The notes below the pieces were generated by a model, which saw only the letters and a list, made by a program, of their open reading frames with translations, made no database searches and had not been told where the DNA came from. Positions 1-10,106 of a DNA stretch of 64,000 nt are shown here, in pieces. The position numbers and the translations under genes were made by a program. Source of the stretch: a virus; the IMG/VR virus record IMGVR_UViG_3300044684_000161, positions 26,103 through 90,102 of that record; one strand, written 5' to 3'. How positions within the stretch are numbered: position 1 is the first letter of the stretch; each line of letters begins with the position of its first letter.

Positions 1-235
1 CAAACTTGGCGATGCGCCCGTCAATCCCGCATTGCTTGCCGCATGGCAGGCCGAGCAGGGGATGGCGGCGATGCCACCTGGGTCTTCCGATGCGGAGGTC
101 TCGGCAAGCGGCTCCGTCAGTGGCGTGAAGTCCGGTACGGATGGAGATGACGGCGAAGGGGATGATGACGACCCCGCCGATGACGAAGACATGGGCAAGG
201 CGTTCGGCCTGCCGATTTTCAAAATTGAGGCGTGA
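1..235 (+). CDS. C-terminus of probable portal protein (5'-truncated by window)
   Basis: Frame open from window edge (KLGDAPVNP...acidic tail...MGKAFGL); lies upstream of head genes. Confidence 0.45.
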   Translation, partial: KLGDAPVNPALLAAWQAEQGMAAMPPGSSDAEVSASGSVSGVKSGTDGDDGEGDDDDPADDEDMGKAFGLPIFKIEA

Positions 236-238
236 AGT

Positions 239-541
239 ATGTCAACGGTACAACTCGACGATCCGATCACCGGCGCGCCGGCGCCGCAACAGGGTCTGCA
301 TGGCGCCGCGCGCGTGAGTGATGCAGCAGTATCAGTGCAGGCCGTGACGCCCAGCAATTCGACCGCCCTGCCAGTTGGATGCAAGGGACTGTGGGTCGGC
401 GGCGCGGGCAACGTAGTAGTGACGATGTGGGATGCCACGACCGCGACGTTCAATGCAGTGCCGGCAGGGACCCTGTTGAAGGTGAGTCCGCAATATGTCA
501 ACGCTGCGACGACCGCAACGAATATCGTCGCCATTTTTTAG
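239..541 (+). CDS. Head spike base/decoration protein (RcGTA Rcc01079-like)
   Basis: AVTPS...KGLWVGGAGNVVV...TFNAVPAG...TTATNIVA pattern; RBS GAGG. Confidence 0.65.
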   Translation: MSTVQLDDPITGAPAPQQGLHGAARVSDAAVSVQAVTPSNSTALPVGCKGLWVGGAGNVVVTMWDATTATFNAVPAGTLLKVSPQYVNAATTATNIVAIF

Positions 542-619
542 CCGCATAGTGGCGTAAAAGAGACAATCGAATTGCCCAAATCCGATTAAGACCATACTCT
601 TCATAGCAACAAGCCCGTG

Positions 620-803
620 ATCTCCCGATAGCCTGATCGGGTCGGCCGGGGCTAAACGGCCGAGCTATATTTCTCCGGCGCTGCACTGGAGGCGTCTCTC
701 AGGAGGCGGCAGGCTTGCGGATAGCGCGGTTCCGAGCCCGCAAGGGTAGTCGCATCGGGACACGACGGCCCCGGTAGCGCCAACTGCCGGGGCCGATTGT
801 TTT
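620..803 (+). ncRNA. Candidate structured non-coding RNA 1
   Basis: Serial hairpins (642-663, 673-691, 693-708, 730-760 with GCAA tetraloop) ending in a terminator; no credible ORF. Confidence 0.35.
766..803 (+). terminator. Intrinsic terminator
   Basis: CGGCCCCGGTAG-loop-CTGCCGGGGCCG followed by ATTGTTTT. Confidence 0.7.
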
Positions 804-821
804 AGTTCGCTCGCGCGCGGC

Positions 822-842
822 GCGTGACAGTACCTCATTGCC
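822..842 (+). promoter_or_regulatory. Late-promoter motif variant (GCGTGAC-AG-TACCTC), ATG 6 nt downstream
   Basis: Same spacing to ATG as the other copies; -10 box is degenerate. Confidence 0.45.
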
Positions 843-1562
843 ATGATCATCGAACACTTTGAGCGCAATACCTCTGGCCGTGATCTGGTCATTGGGGACA
901 TTCATGGCTGCTTCAGCCGTGTGCAAGCGCACCTTGATCGGATCGGTTTCGATCCTGGACGCGATCGGCTGTTCAGCGTTGGCGATCTTGTGGATCGCGG
1001 GCGAGAGTCAAACCTAGTGCTTGAATGGCTCGCGAAGCCATGGTTTCATGCCGTGTGCGGCAACCATGACGATATGGCGAAGCGCTGGCCCAGCGGGCGC
1101 ATGGATGCCGGAAACTATGCGGACAATGGCGGCGGCTGGAACATCATCAATCCGCCTGCGCTCCAGCGAGAGATCGCCGACGCCATGTCCACTTTGCCGA
1201 TCGCGATCGAGGTGGAGACAGCGAACGGCCTAATCGGCATTGTGCATGCGGATTGCCCGTTCCCGTCGTGGGCGTTATTTTCGCAGGCCCTGACTGATCC
1301 GACCATTTCGAATCGCACACGCCAAGCGATCATCGACGATGCTCAATGGTCACGTGAGCGTATCACCGCGATGGATGTCGAGGAAATTGAAGGCGTGCGT
1401 GCGGTCATCGTTGGGCATACGCCCGTCAAGCAGTTCACGAGTCTCGGCAACGTGTTCTATATCGACACCGGCGCTGTGTTCCCGGGGCGTGAATTCACAA
1501 TCTTGGATGCGGAGACATTGCGTCCAGTTGACCTCAAACTGACGCTTGATTGGGCGTCGTGA
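843..1562 (+). CDS. Ser/Thr protein phosphatase (lambda NinI/PphA-like)
   Basis: GDIHG, GDLVDRG, GNHD, GHT, IDTG motifs. Confidence 0.92.
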   Translation: MIIEHFERNTSGRDLVIGDIHGCFSRVQAHLDRIGFDPGRDRLFSVGDLVDRGRESNLVLEWLAKPWFHAVCGNHDDMAKRWPSGRMDAGNYADNGGGWNIINPPALQREIADAMSTLPIAIEVETANGLIGIVHADCPFPSWALFSQALTDPTISNRTRQAIIDDAQWSRERITAMDVEEIEGVRAVIVGHTPVKQFTSLGNVFYIDTGAVFPGREFTILDAETLRPVDLKLTLDWAS

Positions 1563-1571
1563 TCGCATACT
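1557..1571 (+). promoter_or_regulatory. Late-promoter motif (TCGTGAT-CG-CATACT)
   Basis: Motif match; precedes a structured non-coding region. Confidence 0.55.
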
Positions 1572-1574
1572 GAA

Positions 1575-1745
1575 TTCGCTGCGATGAGTGGGCGGTGAGC
1601 CCCCAGCGGCGCCGTGGGGCCAAAATAACGGCCGCAGCGGCTCATAGCGAAGACGCTCAGCGTCGGTCTCCACGTTAGGGAGTCGCCGTATCCGCACGAG
1701 ACGCGGCGTTCAATGTGCCGGGATGAGGAACCGCCCGGCACCTCT
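1575..1745 (+). ncRNA. Candidate structured non-coding RNA 2
   Basis: TTCGCT/AGCGAA and ATGAGT/GCTCAT closing stems around two inner hairpins, further hairpins to 1740; promoter motif directly upstream; no ORF. Confidence 0.4.
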
Positions 1746-1748
1746 GAT

Positions 1749-1769
1749 TCGTGACGCTATTCTCGCGTC
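1749..1769 (+). promoter_or_regulatory. Late promoter TCGTGAC-GC-TATTCT, leaderless
   Basis: ATG 6 nt after -10 box; no Shine-Dalgarno. Confidence 0.75.
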
Positions 1770-2933
1770 ATGGCACTTCTTGTCGACATCAGCAGCCTTA
1801 GCGAGACGCAGAGCGATCGGGCGCTACATACCATCTATAAAGCGATCCACGATCACGGCGACGACGACGCGATCTGGAAAGAGATGGACTCGCCGTTCCT
1901 GCGCCGTCTCGTCGAACTGTTCACGCAGCGCGGTCTGATGCGTCTCGACGGCTTCCGCAAGGAACTCGTCGAATGGATTAACGGCGAGAAGCATCGCGCC
2001 GGCGAGCGGCCTTCTCGTCCGGACGGAATGATGCAGCGCTGGAGCGCAGCCGAACTCAGGCTCGTGAAGCTCTATCTCGAGACGTTGCCGCCGGAGGCAT
2101 TCACACTCGATGACTGGATGATGGTCGTCGACTATCTGACGATGCGCTACTTGCCACCGGACGATCTACGCACGGAGGCCGAGTGGCTGTCGACGCGCGC
2201 GACGCTCATGGGTCGCGTGCAGGCCAACATGGAGAGCCTGAGCACGAAGCAGGCCGATACCGTACTCGCCGCGCTCCCGTCGACCGTCGCGGAAGCCGTT
2301 TCAGAATTCGTCATGTCGACCGCTCAGCGCGCGATGCTCGACTATGCCCGCGTGCGCGCGGCCGAGAACGTGCAGAAACTCGCCGACGACACACGGCACC
2401 GCATGCGCTACGTAATCGCGCAGCACCATGAGCAGCAGATGCTCAAGATTCCCGGCACGCCGGGACAGTCGCTACAGACGCGGCTGTTGGATGAGTTCGC
2501 CACGCTCAATCGGGACTGGCGGCGTATCGCTGTGACCGAGGCGGTGGAAGATCAAAACCAGGGCGTCATCGCGAACATGAAGCCTGGATCCAAGGTCAAA
2601 CGGCTTGAGCACTACGTCGGCGCGTGCGCTTTCTGCAAGAAGATCGACGGAATGGTGTTCAACGTCGTCGATCCGGGAGCGACCGACAAAGATGACTGGA
2701 CCGACGTTTGGGTCGGCAAGACGAACGTGGGGCGCTCGGCCGCTCCGCGTAAGCGTGTGGGAAAAGAACTGATCCCGCGTGAGGCGGCGGAGATGTGGGC
2801 CCCTGCCGCAGGTGTGCAGCACCCCCACTGCCGAGGTCGCTGGTTGCCAGTGCTCGAAGCCGAGCCTGGCGACGATCCGGATTTCGCGGAATGGCTGCGC
2901 AAGAAACTGGAGAAGAAAAGTGCCGCTACTTGA
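1770..2933 (+). CDS. Head morphogenesis protein (MuF/SPP1 gp7-like)
   Basis: [10 protein letters not shown], CxxC and HPHCRG motifs. Confidence 0.75.
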   Translation: MALLVDISSLSETQSDRALHTIYKAIHDHGDDDAIWKEMDSPFLRRLVELFTQRGLMRLDGFRKELVEWINGEKHRAGERPSRPDGMMQRWSAAELRLVKLYLETLPPEAFTLDDWMMVVDYLTMRYLPPDDLRTEAEWLSTRATLMGRVQANMESLSTKQADTVLAALPSTVAEAVSEFVMSTAQRAMLDYARVRAAENVQKLADDTRHRMRYVIAQHHEQQMLKIPGTPGQSLQTRLLDEFATLNRDWRRIAVTEAVEDQNQGVIANMKPGSKVKRLEHYVGACAFCKKIDGMVFNVVDPGATDKDDWTDVWVGKTNVGRSAAPRKRVGKELIPREAAEMWAPAAGVQHPHCRGRWLPVLEAEPGDDPDFAEWLRKKLEKKSAAT

Positions 2934-4293
2934 AGGAAGTTCGGATGAAGTAGTGTCCGCGAACATCGCGGAATTGATCAGATCAGGTCACCCCAGGGAC
3001 CAAGCGGTAGCGATCGCATACAAGAAGGCTGGCCGATCGCGAGACGGCATGAACAAGGCGATCGTTTTTTTGAAGGCTGACATTTCGGAAAAGCTGGCGC
3101 GGTTGCGAGCGCGGCGTTCTGGACTCCCGTCCGTAGGACAGCGCATCGAGTTCTTGAGCGACAGGTTCTCGGATAAGGGCCCAGCAACAGGCACCGTCTC
3201 GTCGGTCGATGGCACCAAACTGACAGTGAAGTTTGCGGACGAGGAGCAGTCATTTTTGTGGCGTGACCTGCGCGACGCCGCGCAACTTACCGAAGATGGC
3301 CTGTGGATGATCAAAGCGCATCCCGCCGCGACCGGTTGGCGAGAGCCAACACCCGCGCAAGCCGAAGCAGGCAACTACCGCAAGCCGGTCGTGCGCTGGA
3401 ACGGCCTCGACATCGCGATCGAGAACCCGGCGGGGACCGTGCGGCGCGGTAATGGCTGGGAAACCCGCATGATCTACGACTACGGGTACGTGAAGCGATC
3501 CGAAGCCGTTGATGGCGACGAGGTGGACGTGTACCTCGGGCCTAACCTCGAAAACGCGCCGATGGTCTACGTCGTGCACCAGCGCAAGTACGGCGACTGG
3601 GACGCCTACGACGAGGACAAGTGCATGCTTGGCTTCGACAGCGAGGACGATGCGAGCGCGGCATACCTGCAGCACTATGACGATGCCCGGTTCCTCGGGC
3701 CGATCACGGCGATGCCGGTCGCCGAGTTCGTCGAGAAGGTTCGCGCGACGCGCGATAAACCGGCGATGATCAAAGGAGTTGGTATGTCGCAAATGGTGAT
3801 GTTCCTGAAGGCACACGGAAAGCCGCCTGCGCCCGGGAAGGTGGTCAACGAAGATGGCGAGGACAAGATCGTCGAGAACCTTGACGGATTGATCGGCGAG
3901 CACGAGCATCTTGTCGCCGTCCTCGACAAAGACAAAGATCCGGCCGCGCAGCAGGAAGCGCGCGAGGAAGGTGCCGAGCTCGACGAGTTCAAGCGCAAGA
4001 AGAAGGCGGCCGACAAGGGCGCGCCGATGTCCAAGGCGATCGTATTCTTGAAGGCTGCGAAGCTCTCGGACAGTCTGCGACGGAAGATTGGCACCGTTGG
4101 CAGTTCGAAGCGCCAGGACGAGCCGGAGGGCGTGTTTCTGGAGCCCGGCGAACGCAAGTACCCAGTGAAGATCAAGGAAGGCGATAAGTGGGTCTATTCG
4201 CCGAAGCTGCTCGAGGCGGCAGCGGCTGAAGCGCGAATGCACGGTCACGAGGACATTGCGAAGCGCGCTGACGAAATCCGAGCAGGTCTATAA
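2920..4293 (+). CDS. Multidomain head-associated protein with inorganic pyrophosphatase-like domain
   Basis: GTG start with GGAG RBS; [22 protein letters not shown] motifs; domains separated by FLKA/MIKA motifs. Confidence 0.7.
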   Translation: MPLLEGSSDEVVSANIAELIRSGHPRDQAVAIAYKKAGRSRDGMNKAIVFLKADISEKLARLRARRSGLPSVGQRIEFLSDRFSDKGPATGTVSSVDGTKLTVKFADEEQSFLWRDLRDAAQLTEDGLWMIKAHPAATGWREPTPAQAEAGNYRKPVVRWNGLDIAIENPAGTVRRGNGWETRMIYDYGYVKRSEAVDGDEVDVYLGPNLENAPMVYVVHQRKYGDWDAYDEDKCMLGFDSEDDASAAYLQHYDDARFLGPITAMPVAEFVEKVRATRDKPAMIKGVGMSQMVMFLKAHGKPPAPGKVVNEDGEDKIVENLDGLIGEHEHLVAVLDKDKDPAAQQEAREEGAELDEFKRKKKAADKGAPMSKAIVFLKAAKLSDSLRRKIGTVGSSKRQDEPEGVFLEPGERKYPVKIKEGDKWVYSPKLLEAAAAEARMHGHEDIAKRADEIRAGL

Positions 4294-5145
4294 CCGTTCT
4301 CGGTACTGCGCCGGCGTCATGCCCATCTCACGTTTGAACGCGGTTGTGAAGTGGCTTTGGCTTGAAAAGCCGCATTCTAGTGATATGGCCGCGATCGAGA
4401 GCGTCCGATTGCGGAGTAGAGCCTTTGAGCGTTCGATGCGGCGGCTCCAGACATATCGTATTGGCGTTATGCCCATGGATCGACTGAACGCGCGAGAGAA
4501 GTGAAATGGGCTGAGCGCAGCAACCGATGCCAATTCGTCGACCGAGATCGGACGATGCAGGTTCATCTCGACGAAATCCATGACCTTGCGCAATCTGCCG
4601 CGCGGCAATACGCCTGCATGCACGTCATTCCCTGCATTCAGGCGATCATCAAAAAGCACCATGACGCGTGCGGCGAGCGATCTTGCATTGTTCTCTATAA
4701 GTAATGGCCACTCTTCAATGCGACCAAGCGAAGTAAGTTGCCTCAAAGAATTCATGAGAGGGTAAGCTATTGGGCTTTGTCTTGCGCTTATTCTTTTAAA
4801 TGTTTCAGGCCTATATTCAAGGCCACTAGACGATATCTTTTTGAACCATGACTCTCCAACGGTTAATGTAGTTGCCTCGGCGTCATTTAAAAATTCAACC
4901 TCTAGTTTCCATCCTGCCGGCAAAAATGAATAGCTCATGCCGTGCCACTTAACCTTTACAGGTTCTTTGCCATTAACGATTTCTATCGTTTCGGCCGGTC
5001 TGTCAAGTACACAATACACGTGATTACTTAGCTGAACTTCAAATTTCTGTCCTTTAAATGTTGGAAATCTTGCAATTGCGAGTCTTGGCGAATCGTTCGC
5101 AAGGAAAAAACGCACATTCGGAAAATCTCTCATTTCTTTGTACAT
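4288..5145 (-). CDS. AraC-family transcriptional regulator (low-GC moron)
   Basis: [10 protein letters not shown]...GITP...[21 protein letters not shown] double HTH; AT-rich; start at 5145 or 5133. Confidence 0.88.
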   Translation of the reverse strand: MYKEMRDFPNVRFFLANDSPRLAIARFPTFKGQKFEVQLSNHVYCVLDRPAETIEIVNGKEPVKVKWHGMSYSFLPAGWKLEVEFLNDAEATTLTVGESWFKKISSSGLEYRPETFKRISARQSPIAYPLMNSLRQLTSLGRIEEWPLLIENNARSLAARVMVLFDDRLNAGNDVHAGVLPRGRLRKVMDFVEMNLHRPISVDELASVAALSPFHFSRAFSRSMGITPIRYVWSRRIERSKALLRNRTLSIAAISLECGFSSQSHFTTAFKREMGMTPAQYRERL

Positions 5146-5185
5146 GGCGTCGATCTCAACGTTGGCAGCGCTGCGGCGGCCCCGA

Positions 5186-5200
5186 TCGTGACGCGACAAT
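5186..5200 (+). promoter_or_regulatory. Late promoter TCGTGAC-GC-GACAAT
   Basis: Motif match upstream of 5233. Confidence 0.75.
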
Positions 5201-5232
5201 CCCGAGACAACATCTGAAGGCTGTCCCGACCG

Positions 5233-8200
5233 ATGCTCATCTTCTTCAGTAAAGCTACCCCGCCGCAGGTCAACATGCCTGTGCATGTTGCCGGCACAGT
5301 CCGGAAAGACGGAACGATTGTCAAACCGCACATGCGCATGCAGCGTGTCTCTCTCCACGCCACCCAGCCCCCAACGCCTGCCGCTGCGGCTCCCAAGTCG
5401 CCAGAGCGCAAGCCGGGAAAGCTCGATTCGTTTCTGGAAAAACACGGCGGTGAGCAGAGGTTCCGAGCATCCCTTCTGGATATGAAACCCGAGCAGCGGG
5501 CTAAACTGATCGATGCAATGGCGCATATCGACGGTATCGAGCCGTCCGGCGTTATGGAGCGCCTTGGGCTACATGCTTCCGACTTGAAGGAGGGTGATCC
5601 CGATGGATCGGGGGCTCATGAGATCGTCGAGCACATCACGCGCAAGGGGAAGACGCTGCGAGGTGTGATCCGGCGAGATCTCTCTCAGGATGAAGCCAAG
5701 CAGATCGACGAATATACCTTCCGCAAGGATGGCGGTTGGTTCATTCGAGAGAAGCACCTGGAGACGGCGGCGAAACTGGACGCCGCGCGCCATGCCGGCA
5801 TCATTGACGACGCGCAGCACGAAACTGCACGAGCGGCGGCGGCCAAGGATGGGCCATCCGGGGCGCTCGGCGCGCTACAGCAACAACCGTCTCCCAATGA
5901 GCCGTCTCATCCTATCGAGTCAGCGGCGCCAGCGGATCGTCCCAAGGAGCAGGCCGACAAACTGCGAGAGGCTGGCGAGAAGCTGAAGGCTGCGGCAGAA
6001 GCTGATCTAGGGCGTGACCGGCTGGCGAATACGGCGCGACGCGCGCGCATGGCTGCCGGCGCAGAAGCCGACGCCAGCCAGCGGCTCTCGATCGCCGGTA
6101 CGATGATCAATCTCGCCGATGCAATCGAGGCTGGTGATGCGCGGCATCTGAAGGGCATTACTACACGTGCGGCGGTCGAAACGCTGGATGGAATGGTGCG
6201 TCGCGCCGTGCGCGAGACGGATCGGCATCTACCATATATCGAACAACGGGCCCGCGAAGGACGGTCTCCGGAGCCAGATGACATTCGGAATGCGAGGCTG
6301 CCGAGGTTTAGCGTACACGGCAACGTGGCGGCTGATATCGCGGAGAAACTGCGCGGCGTGAAGGGTGCCGCGAAGCTTTCGGGATGGGCATATCGAATTT
6401 CGGAGCGCGTGGGCCGCGACGCGGTTGCCACGCTACCAGATGATGACGCCGAGACAATCCGCGCCGTTTTCAAAAAGCTCGCCGACATGGGCGAGAAGCA
6501 TATGGGGTGGGATTTGCGCGAAACGCTTGCCGTGCGTGACCGTCTCGCGCGGGCCGGCATCACGAGCGACCGCGACCTGCGCTTGGCTCTGACCGAGTAC
6601 CTGATTTTCCGGGATGGTCCCAAGAAGGCCGATCCGATCAAGGAAGCGGAGCGTGTTCTCGTCGGCCAGAAGGTTGGCGTCGATTTCTTCCCGACGCCGA
6701 AGCCGCTCGCCGCGAAGATGGCCGAGTTGGCCGGCGTCAAGCCTGGCATGACCGTACTTGAGCCGTCGGCGGGCAATGGGCATCTAGCAGATGCGGCGCG
6801 GGATGCTGGTGCGCAGGTCGATACGGTCGAAGTTTCCGATGCGCTGCGCAATGTGTTGCACGCTAAAGGTCACAACATCGCCGGGCACGACTTCGACACG
6901 TTCGAACCGGGCAAGCAATACGACGCGGTCATCATGAATCCGCCGTTCTCCGACCGGCGCGATGCGGCACATATCATGCGCGCCTATGACTTGCTTAAGC
7001 CCGGCGGCAAGCTGGTGGCGATCGCGGGCGAAGGCGTGTTCTTCGGCTCGGATCAGAAGGCGCAGACGTTCCGCGACTGGCTCGATGAGCGCGGCGCAGA
7101 GGTGGAGAGGCTTCCAGAAGGCACGTTTAAGGGCTCCGACCTACCGGCGCAGACGGGAGCGAACGCGCGGCTGATCGTCGTGGAGAAGCCGGCGCATGTT
7201 GCGGCCGCTCCTGTTCAGGAATCTGCTCCGTCCATGGAACGTGAACAGCCTTCCATTCATGAACAAGGCCCAAAGGAAGGCGAGACCAAATTCGAAAACG
7301 GCGTCGAATACGTGCTGCGCGACGGGCGCTGGCATCGGGCGCACGAGGATCAAGCGGACGAACGCGGCGCAGTGAGCGATGCGGTGCTTGAGGATGTCGG
7401 GCTGTTGCGAGAATTCGGTGGTAATTGGCAGTACAAGTTTGGCATCGACGGCAGGTGGATGACGGCAAACTCTAAGGAGGACGCCGTTTCCATTGCGACG
7501 AAAACGTACCACGAAACGCCTGAATCCGAGCGCATGACCAGGGACCAGCGCGACGCCAAGGCCGACGCAGATGAGTACGAGGATCTTCACCGCCGATATG
7601 GTCATCTGTCGGTCGACGATCTGCGCGATCGGCACGAAAAGATGGGCGGCGAAATTGAAGGACTGCAAGCCGCTGGCCGTCGTGAGTTCAATGGCGGTGG
7701 CCGCAGGACGAGCGCGGCCGTCAGCGCGCAGGGTGCGCGTGATGTTTCGGAGGAGCGATCGAAGCTCGATCGTTATATCGAACGTCGCGCTGCTGATGAG
7801 GCTGCTGCGCCGGTGCGAGATGCAGAGTCCGATCTCGCAAGCGATCGCGAAGAACTCGCGACCGAGCTCGCGCGTGATCCGCATAGCGAGCCCGCGAAGG
7901 AAGCCGTGCGCAAAGTGGGCCGGCGCGTCGCGGAAGACGAGGAGCCGGTCTCGGCGCTTGACGAAGACGACCCGAACAGCCCGAACTACCGGTATGCCGA
8001 TACCGGATACGTCGCTGGCTCGCGCAAGGAACTTGCCGCATCTCAGGTGATCAAGAGTGCCAAGCAGGAGGGTGCGCGCGTCTACGCGACCGCAATCGAC
8101 TGGGATCAGCTTGAGCAGAATCCGCGCGAAGCCAAGGACCTGATCACGAAGTCGAACTTATTTGGCGAAGTGGACTGGCCCGCGCTGCGCGCAGCCGGCA

Positions 8201-10062
8201 TGGAGCCGGGCGCAGGGTTCCTGGTCGACCGAATCTATGCGGCGATCGGTCAGGAGCCGAGCGAAGACAAGCCGCAGGCGCGCAAGGATTACGCTATCGG
8301 GCTTCAGACGCTGCGTGATCGGCTGGAGAGCGCCAAGACTGCCGAGGAAGTGACAACCGTTCTCGACGCGTTGCGCGAGGAATACGACGGCAAAATGCTG
8401 ACAGCCGAGGAATCGACGCGATATCAAGCTCTCGGCGATGAGGCGCGCAAGCTGTGGGAGAAAAGTAGAGCTATCGACGCGGAGAACGACAAGCGATATC
8501 AGGCGCAATCGCGTGCCCGGGCCGACGTGTATGAAGTCGAACGCGAAGTCGAGAAACGAAAGCGGCGTGGTTGGGCGCCGAAGCCCGAACTCGATGCCAA
8601 GCTGGCCGAGCTAAAGCAGATCGCCGAGGCCAAGGACAAGGAGTGGGGCGACGAACTGCGCGCGAACAAGCCTCTACGAGAGGAACTTGACCAGCAGCGG
8701 CGCGACCTGCATGGCAAGCGAGATGCGATTGTCCTGGCGGCAACCATAAGAAACAAGCTCGATAACCCTCTGCATCGTGCCTGGAACTTGATGGGAGAGC
8801 GGTTCGTGAACGTGCTGCGGTACCGTTCATTCAAAGGTTCCGATGCGTTCGCAAAGCATGTTACAGCGGCGAAGACTGGCAAGATCGCTGATTGGTCATG
8901 GGCCGAGAAGGAAACAGTGCGCGCACCGCGCGTGACGAAGGAATCTGCGCGTTTTCAGATGAGGGTGGCTGATTCATTCGAACGCGTTGGCGGTCGCACC
9001 GTAACGCCGCAGTCTACGGCTGAACTCAAGGGCATGTTCGGGTTGCGCGACGTACAGTCCGGCAACTGGGTGTTGCGTGACGTGGCGAGCGCCAAATTCC
9101 ACACCGAGCATTCGGCGGCAGCATTCGCTGATCTTGCGGACCTGATGGGCGCTCCTGACGAGCAGATCGCAATGAATGGCCGCTTGGCATTGGCGTTCGG
9201 GGCACGCGGTCACGGTGCCAAAGGATGGAAGGATGGCGCGGCCAGGGCGCACTACGAGAGTGTTCACCGCGTCATCAATCTGACGAAGATGGGCGGCGGC
9301 GGCGCGCTGGCACATGAATGGTTCCACGCGCTCGACAATATGGCTGGTGAGGCAGAGGGCGGCACAGCGGGCGTTAGCGACTACTTCACCGAGAATCCCG
9401 ACTTGCTTCCGGCCGGCGAGTTGCGTGAAGCCGTCAAGGGACTGCGCAGTGCCATGCTCGACGGCCCTCATCGTGCCACGCGGACCGAGACCTATACGCC
9501 CGAAGACGTGCGACTTGCTCGGCGTAACCTTGGTGGACAGTTCCCTAACGCGATGGCGAAGATGATCGTCAACGCTGGCAACGTACATGCTGCAGTGCAG
9601 GCGATCGAGCGACATTTCGGCCTTGACGGCACCAAGGAAGTCAGCCGCCGGTCGAAGAAACTCGCGCAGGACTGGCGCCGCATCGCGTTAGGCCATTATG
9701 GCGGAAACGCAGAGGGTGGCGATATCCTGGTGCAGAGCGGGCGTCCGATGTCTTCATTCGCCCTTGAAGCCAAGAATCTTGACCAGGGCAGTGCCGAGTA
9801 CTGGCAGCGAACGCATGAAATGGCAGCACGCGCGTTTCAGGCGTGGACCGAAGACCGCCTCGCAGACCAAGGGCGCCGTAACGACTACCTCTCGAACTTC
9901 GCCGACAACAAGTATCACGTCGATCCGCTGTTCGGCATCGAATGGAAGCCGTTCCCGGAAGGCGAGGAGCGCACCCGCATCAACACGGCTTTCGATCGGC
10001 TTGTCGCGGCCATGAAGGCGTCAAAGACGCTAGCAAAGGCGGTGGCTCTGTTCGTCGCATAA
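5233..10062 (+). CDS. Large polyvalent protein: N6-adenine methyltransferase plus C-terminal LPD1-like zincin domain
   Basis: FFPTP, LEPSAGNG, MNPPF motifs; HEWFHALD and YW..HEMAARAF; N-terminal VRKDGT.VKPH motif. Confidence 0.8.
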   Translation: MLIFFSKATPPQVNMPVHVAGTVRKDGTIVKPHMRMQRVSLHATQPPTPAAAAPKSPERKPGKLDSFLEKHGGEQRFRASLLDMKPEQRAKLIDAMAHIDGIEPSGVMERLGLHASDLKEGDPDGSGAHEIVEHITRKGKTLRGVIRRDLSQDEAKQIDEYTFRKDGGWFIREKHLETAAKLDAARHAGIIDDAQHETARAAAAKDGPSGALGALQQQPSPNEPSHPIESAAPADRPKEQADKLREAGEKLKAAAEADLGRDRLANTARRARMAAGAEADASQRLSIAGTMINLADAIEAGDARHLKGITTRAAVETLDGMVRRAVRETDRHLPYIEQRAREGRSPEPDDIRNARLPRFSVHGNVAADIAEKLRGVKGAAKLSGWAYRISERVGRDAVATLPDDDAETIRAVFKKLADMGEKHMGWDLRETLAVRDRLARAGITSDRDLRLALTEYLIFRDGPKKADPIKEAERVLVGQKVGVDFFPTPKPLAAKMAELAGVKPGMTVLEPSAGNGHLADAARDAGAQVDTVEVSDALRNVLHAKGHNIAGHDFDTFEPGKQYDAVIMNPPFSDRRDAAHIMRAYDLLKPGGKLVAIAGEGVFFGSDQKAQTFRDWLDERGAEVERLPEGTFKGSDLPAQTGANARLIVVEKPAHVAAAPVQESAPSMEREQPSIHEQGPKEGETKFENGVEYVLRDGRWHRAHEDQADERGAVSDAVLEDVGLLREFGGNWQYKFGIDGRWMTANSKEDAVSIATKTYHETPESERMTRDQRDAKADADEYEDLHRRYGHLSVDDLRDRHEKMGGEIEGLQAAGRREFNGGGRRTSAAVSAQGARDVSEERSKLDRYIERRAADEAAAPVRDAESDLASDREELATELARDPHSEPAKEAVRKVGRRVAEDEEPVSALDEDDPNSPNYRYADTGYVAGSRKELAASQVIKSAKQEGARVYATAIDWDQLEQNPREAKDLITKSNLFGEVDWPALRAAGMEPGAGFLVDRIYAAIGQEPSEDKPQARKDYAIGLQTLRDRLESAKTAEEVTTVLDALREEYDGKMLTAEESTRYQALGDEARKLWEKSRAIDAENDKRYQAQSRARADVYEVEREVEKRKRRGWAPKPELDAKLAELKQIAEAKDKEWGDELRANKPLREELDQQRRDLHGKRDAIVLAATIRNKLDNPLHRAWNLMGERFVNVLRYRSFKGSDAFAKHVTAAKTGKIADWSWAEKETVRAPRVTKESARFQMRVADSFERVGGRTVTPQSTAELKGMFGLRDVQSGNWVLRDVASAKFHTEHSAAAFADLADLMGAPDEQIAMNGRLALAFGARGHGAKGWKDGAARAHYESVHRVINLTKMGGGGALAHEWFHALDNMAGEAEGGTAGVSDYFTENPDLLPAGELREAVKGLRSAMLDGPHRATRTETYTPEDVRLARRNLGGQFPNAMAKMIVNAGNVHAAVQAIERHFGLDGTKEVSRRSKKLAQDWRRIALGHYGGNAEGGDILVQSGRPMSSFALEAKNLDQGSAEYWQRTHEMAARAFQAWTEDRLADQGRRNDYLSNFADNKYHVDPLFGIEWKPFPEGEERTRINTAFDRLVAAMKASKTLAKAVALFVA

Positions 10063-10064
10063 GG

Positions 10065-10105
10065 TCGTGACGCGACACTCGCCCCATCAAGATAGATGGG
10101 GCGAG
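10065..10105 (+). promoter_or_regulatory. Late promoter TCGTGAC-GC-GACACT with overlapping 11-bp hairpin
   Basis: CTCGCCCCATC/GATGGGGCGAG stem ends 1 nt before ATG 10107. Confidence 0.75.
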
Positions 10106-10106
10106 C

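Noticed and set aside
680-760. CsrA/RsmA-sponge sRNA (several GGA)
   Set aside because: The GGA motifs are not in ANGGA loop context
1579-1651. Hammerhead or pistol ribozyme
   Set aside because: CTGCGATGAG...CGAA does not give the CUGAnGA/GAAA core; pistol pseudoknot not found by eye
5146-5526. N-terminal extension of the AraC ORF in the track (412 aa)
   Set aside because: Overlaps the promoter and start of the 1609-aa gene; the composition shift places the start near 5145/5133
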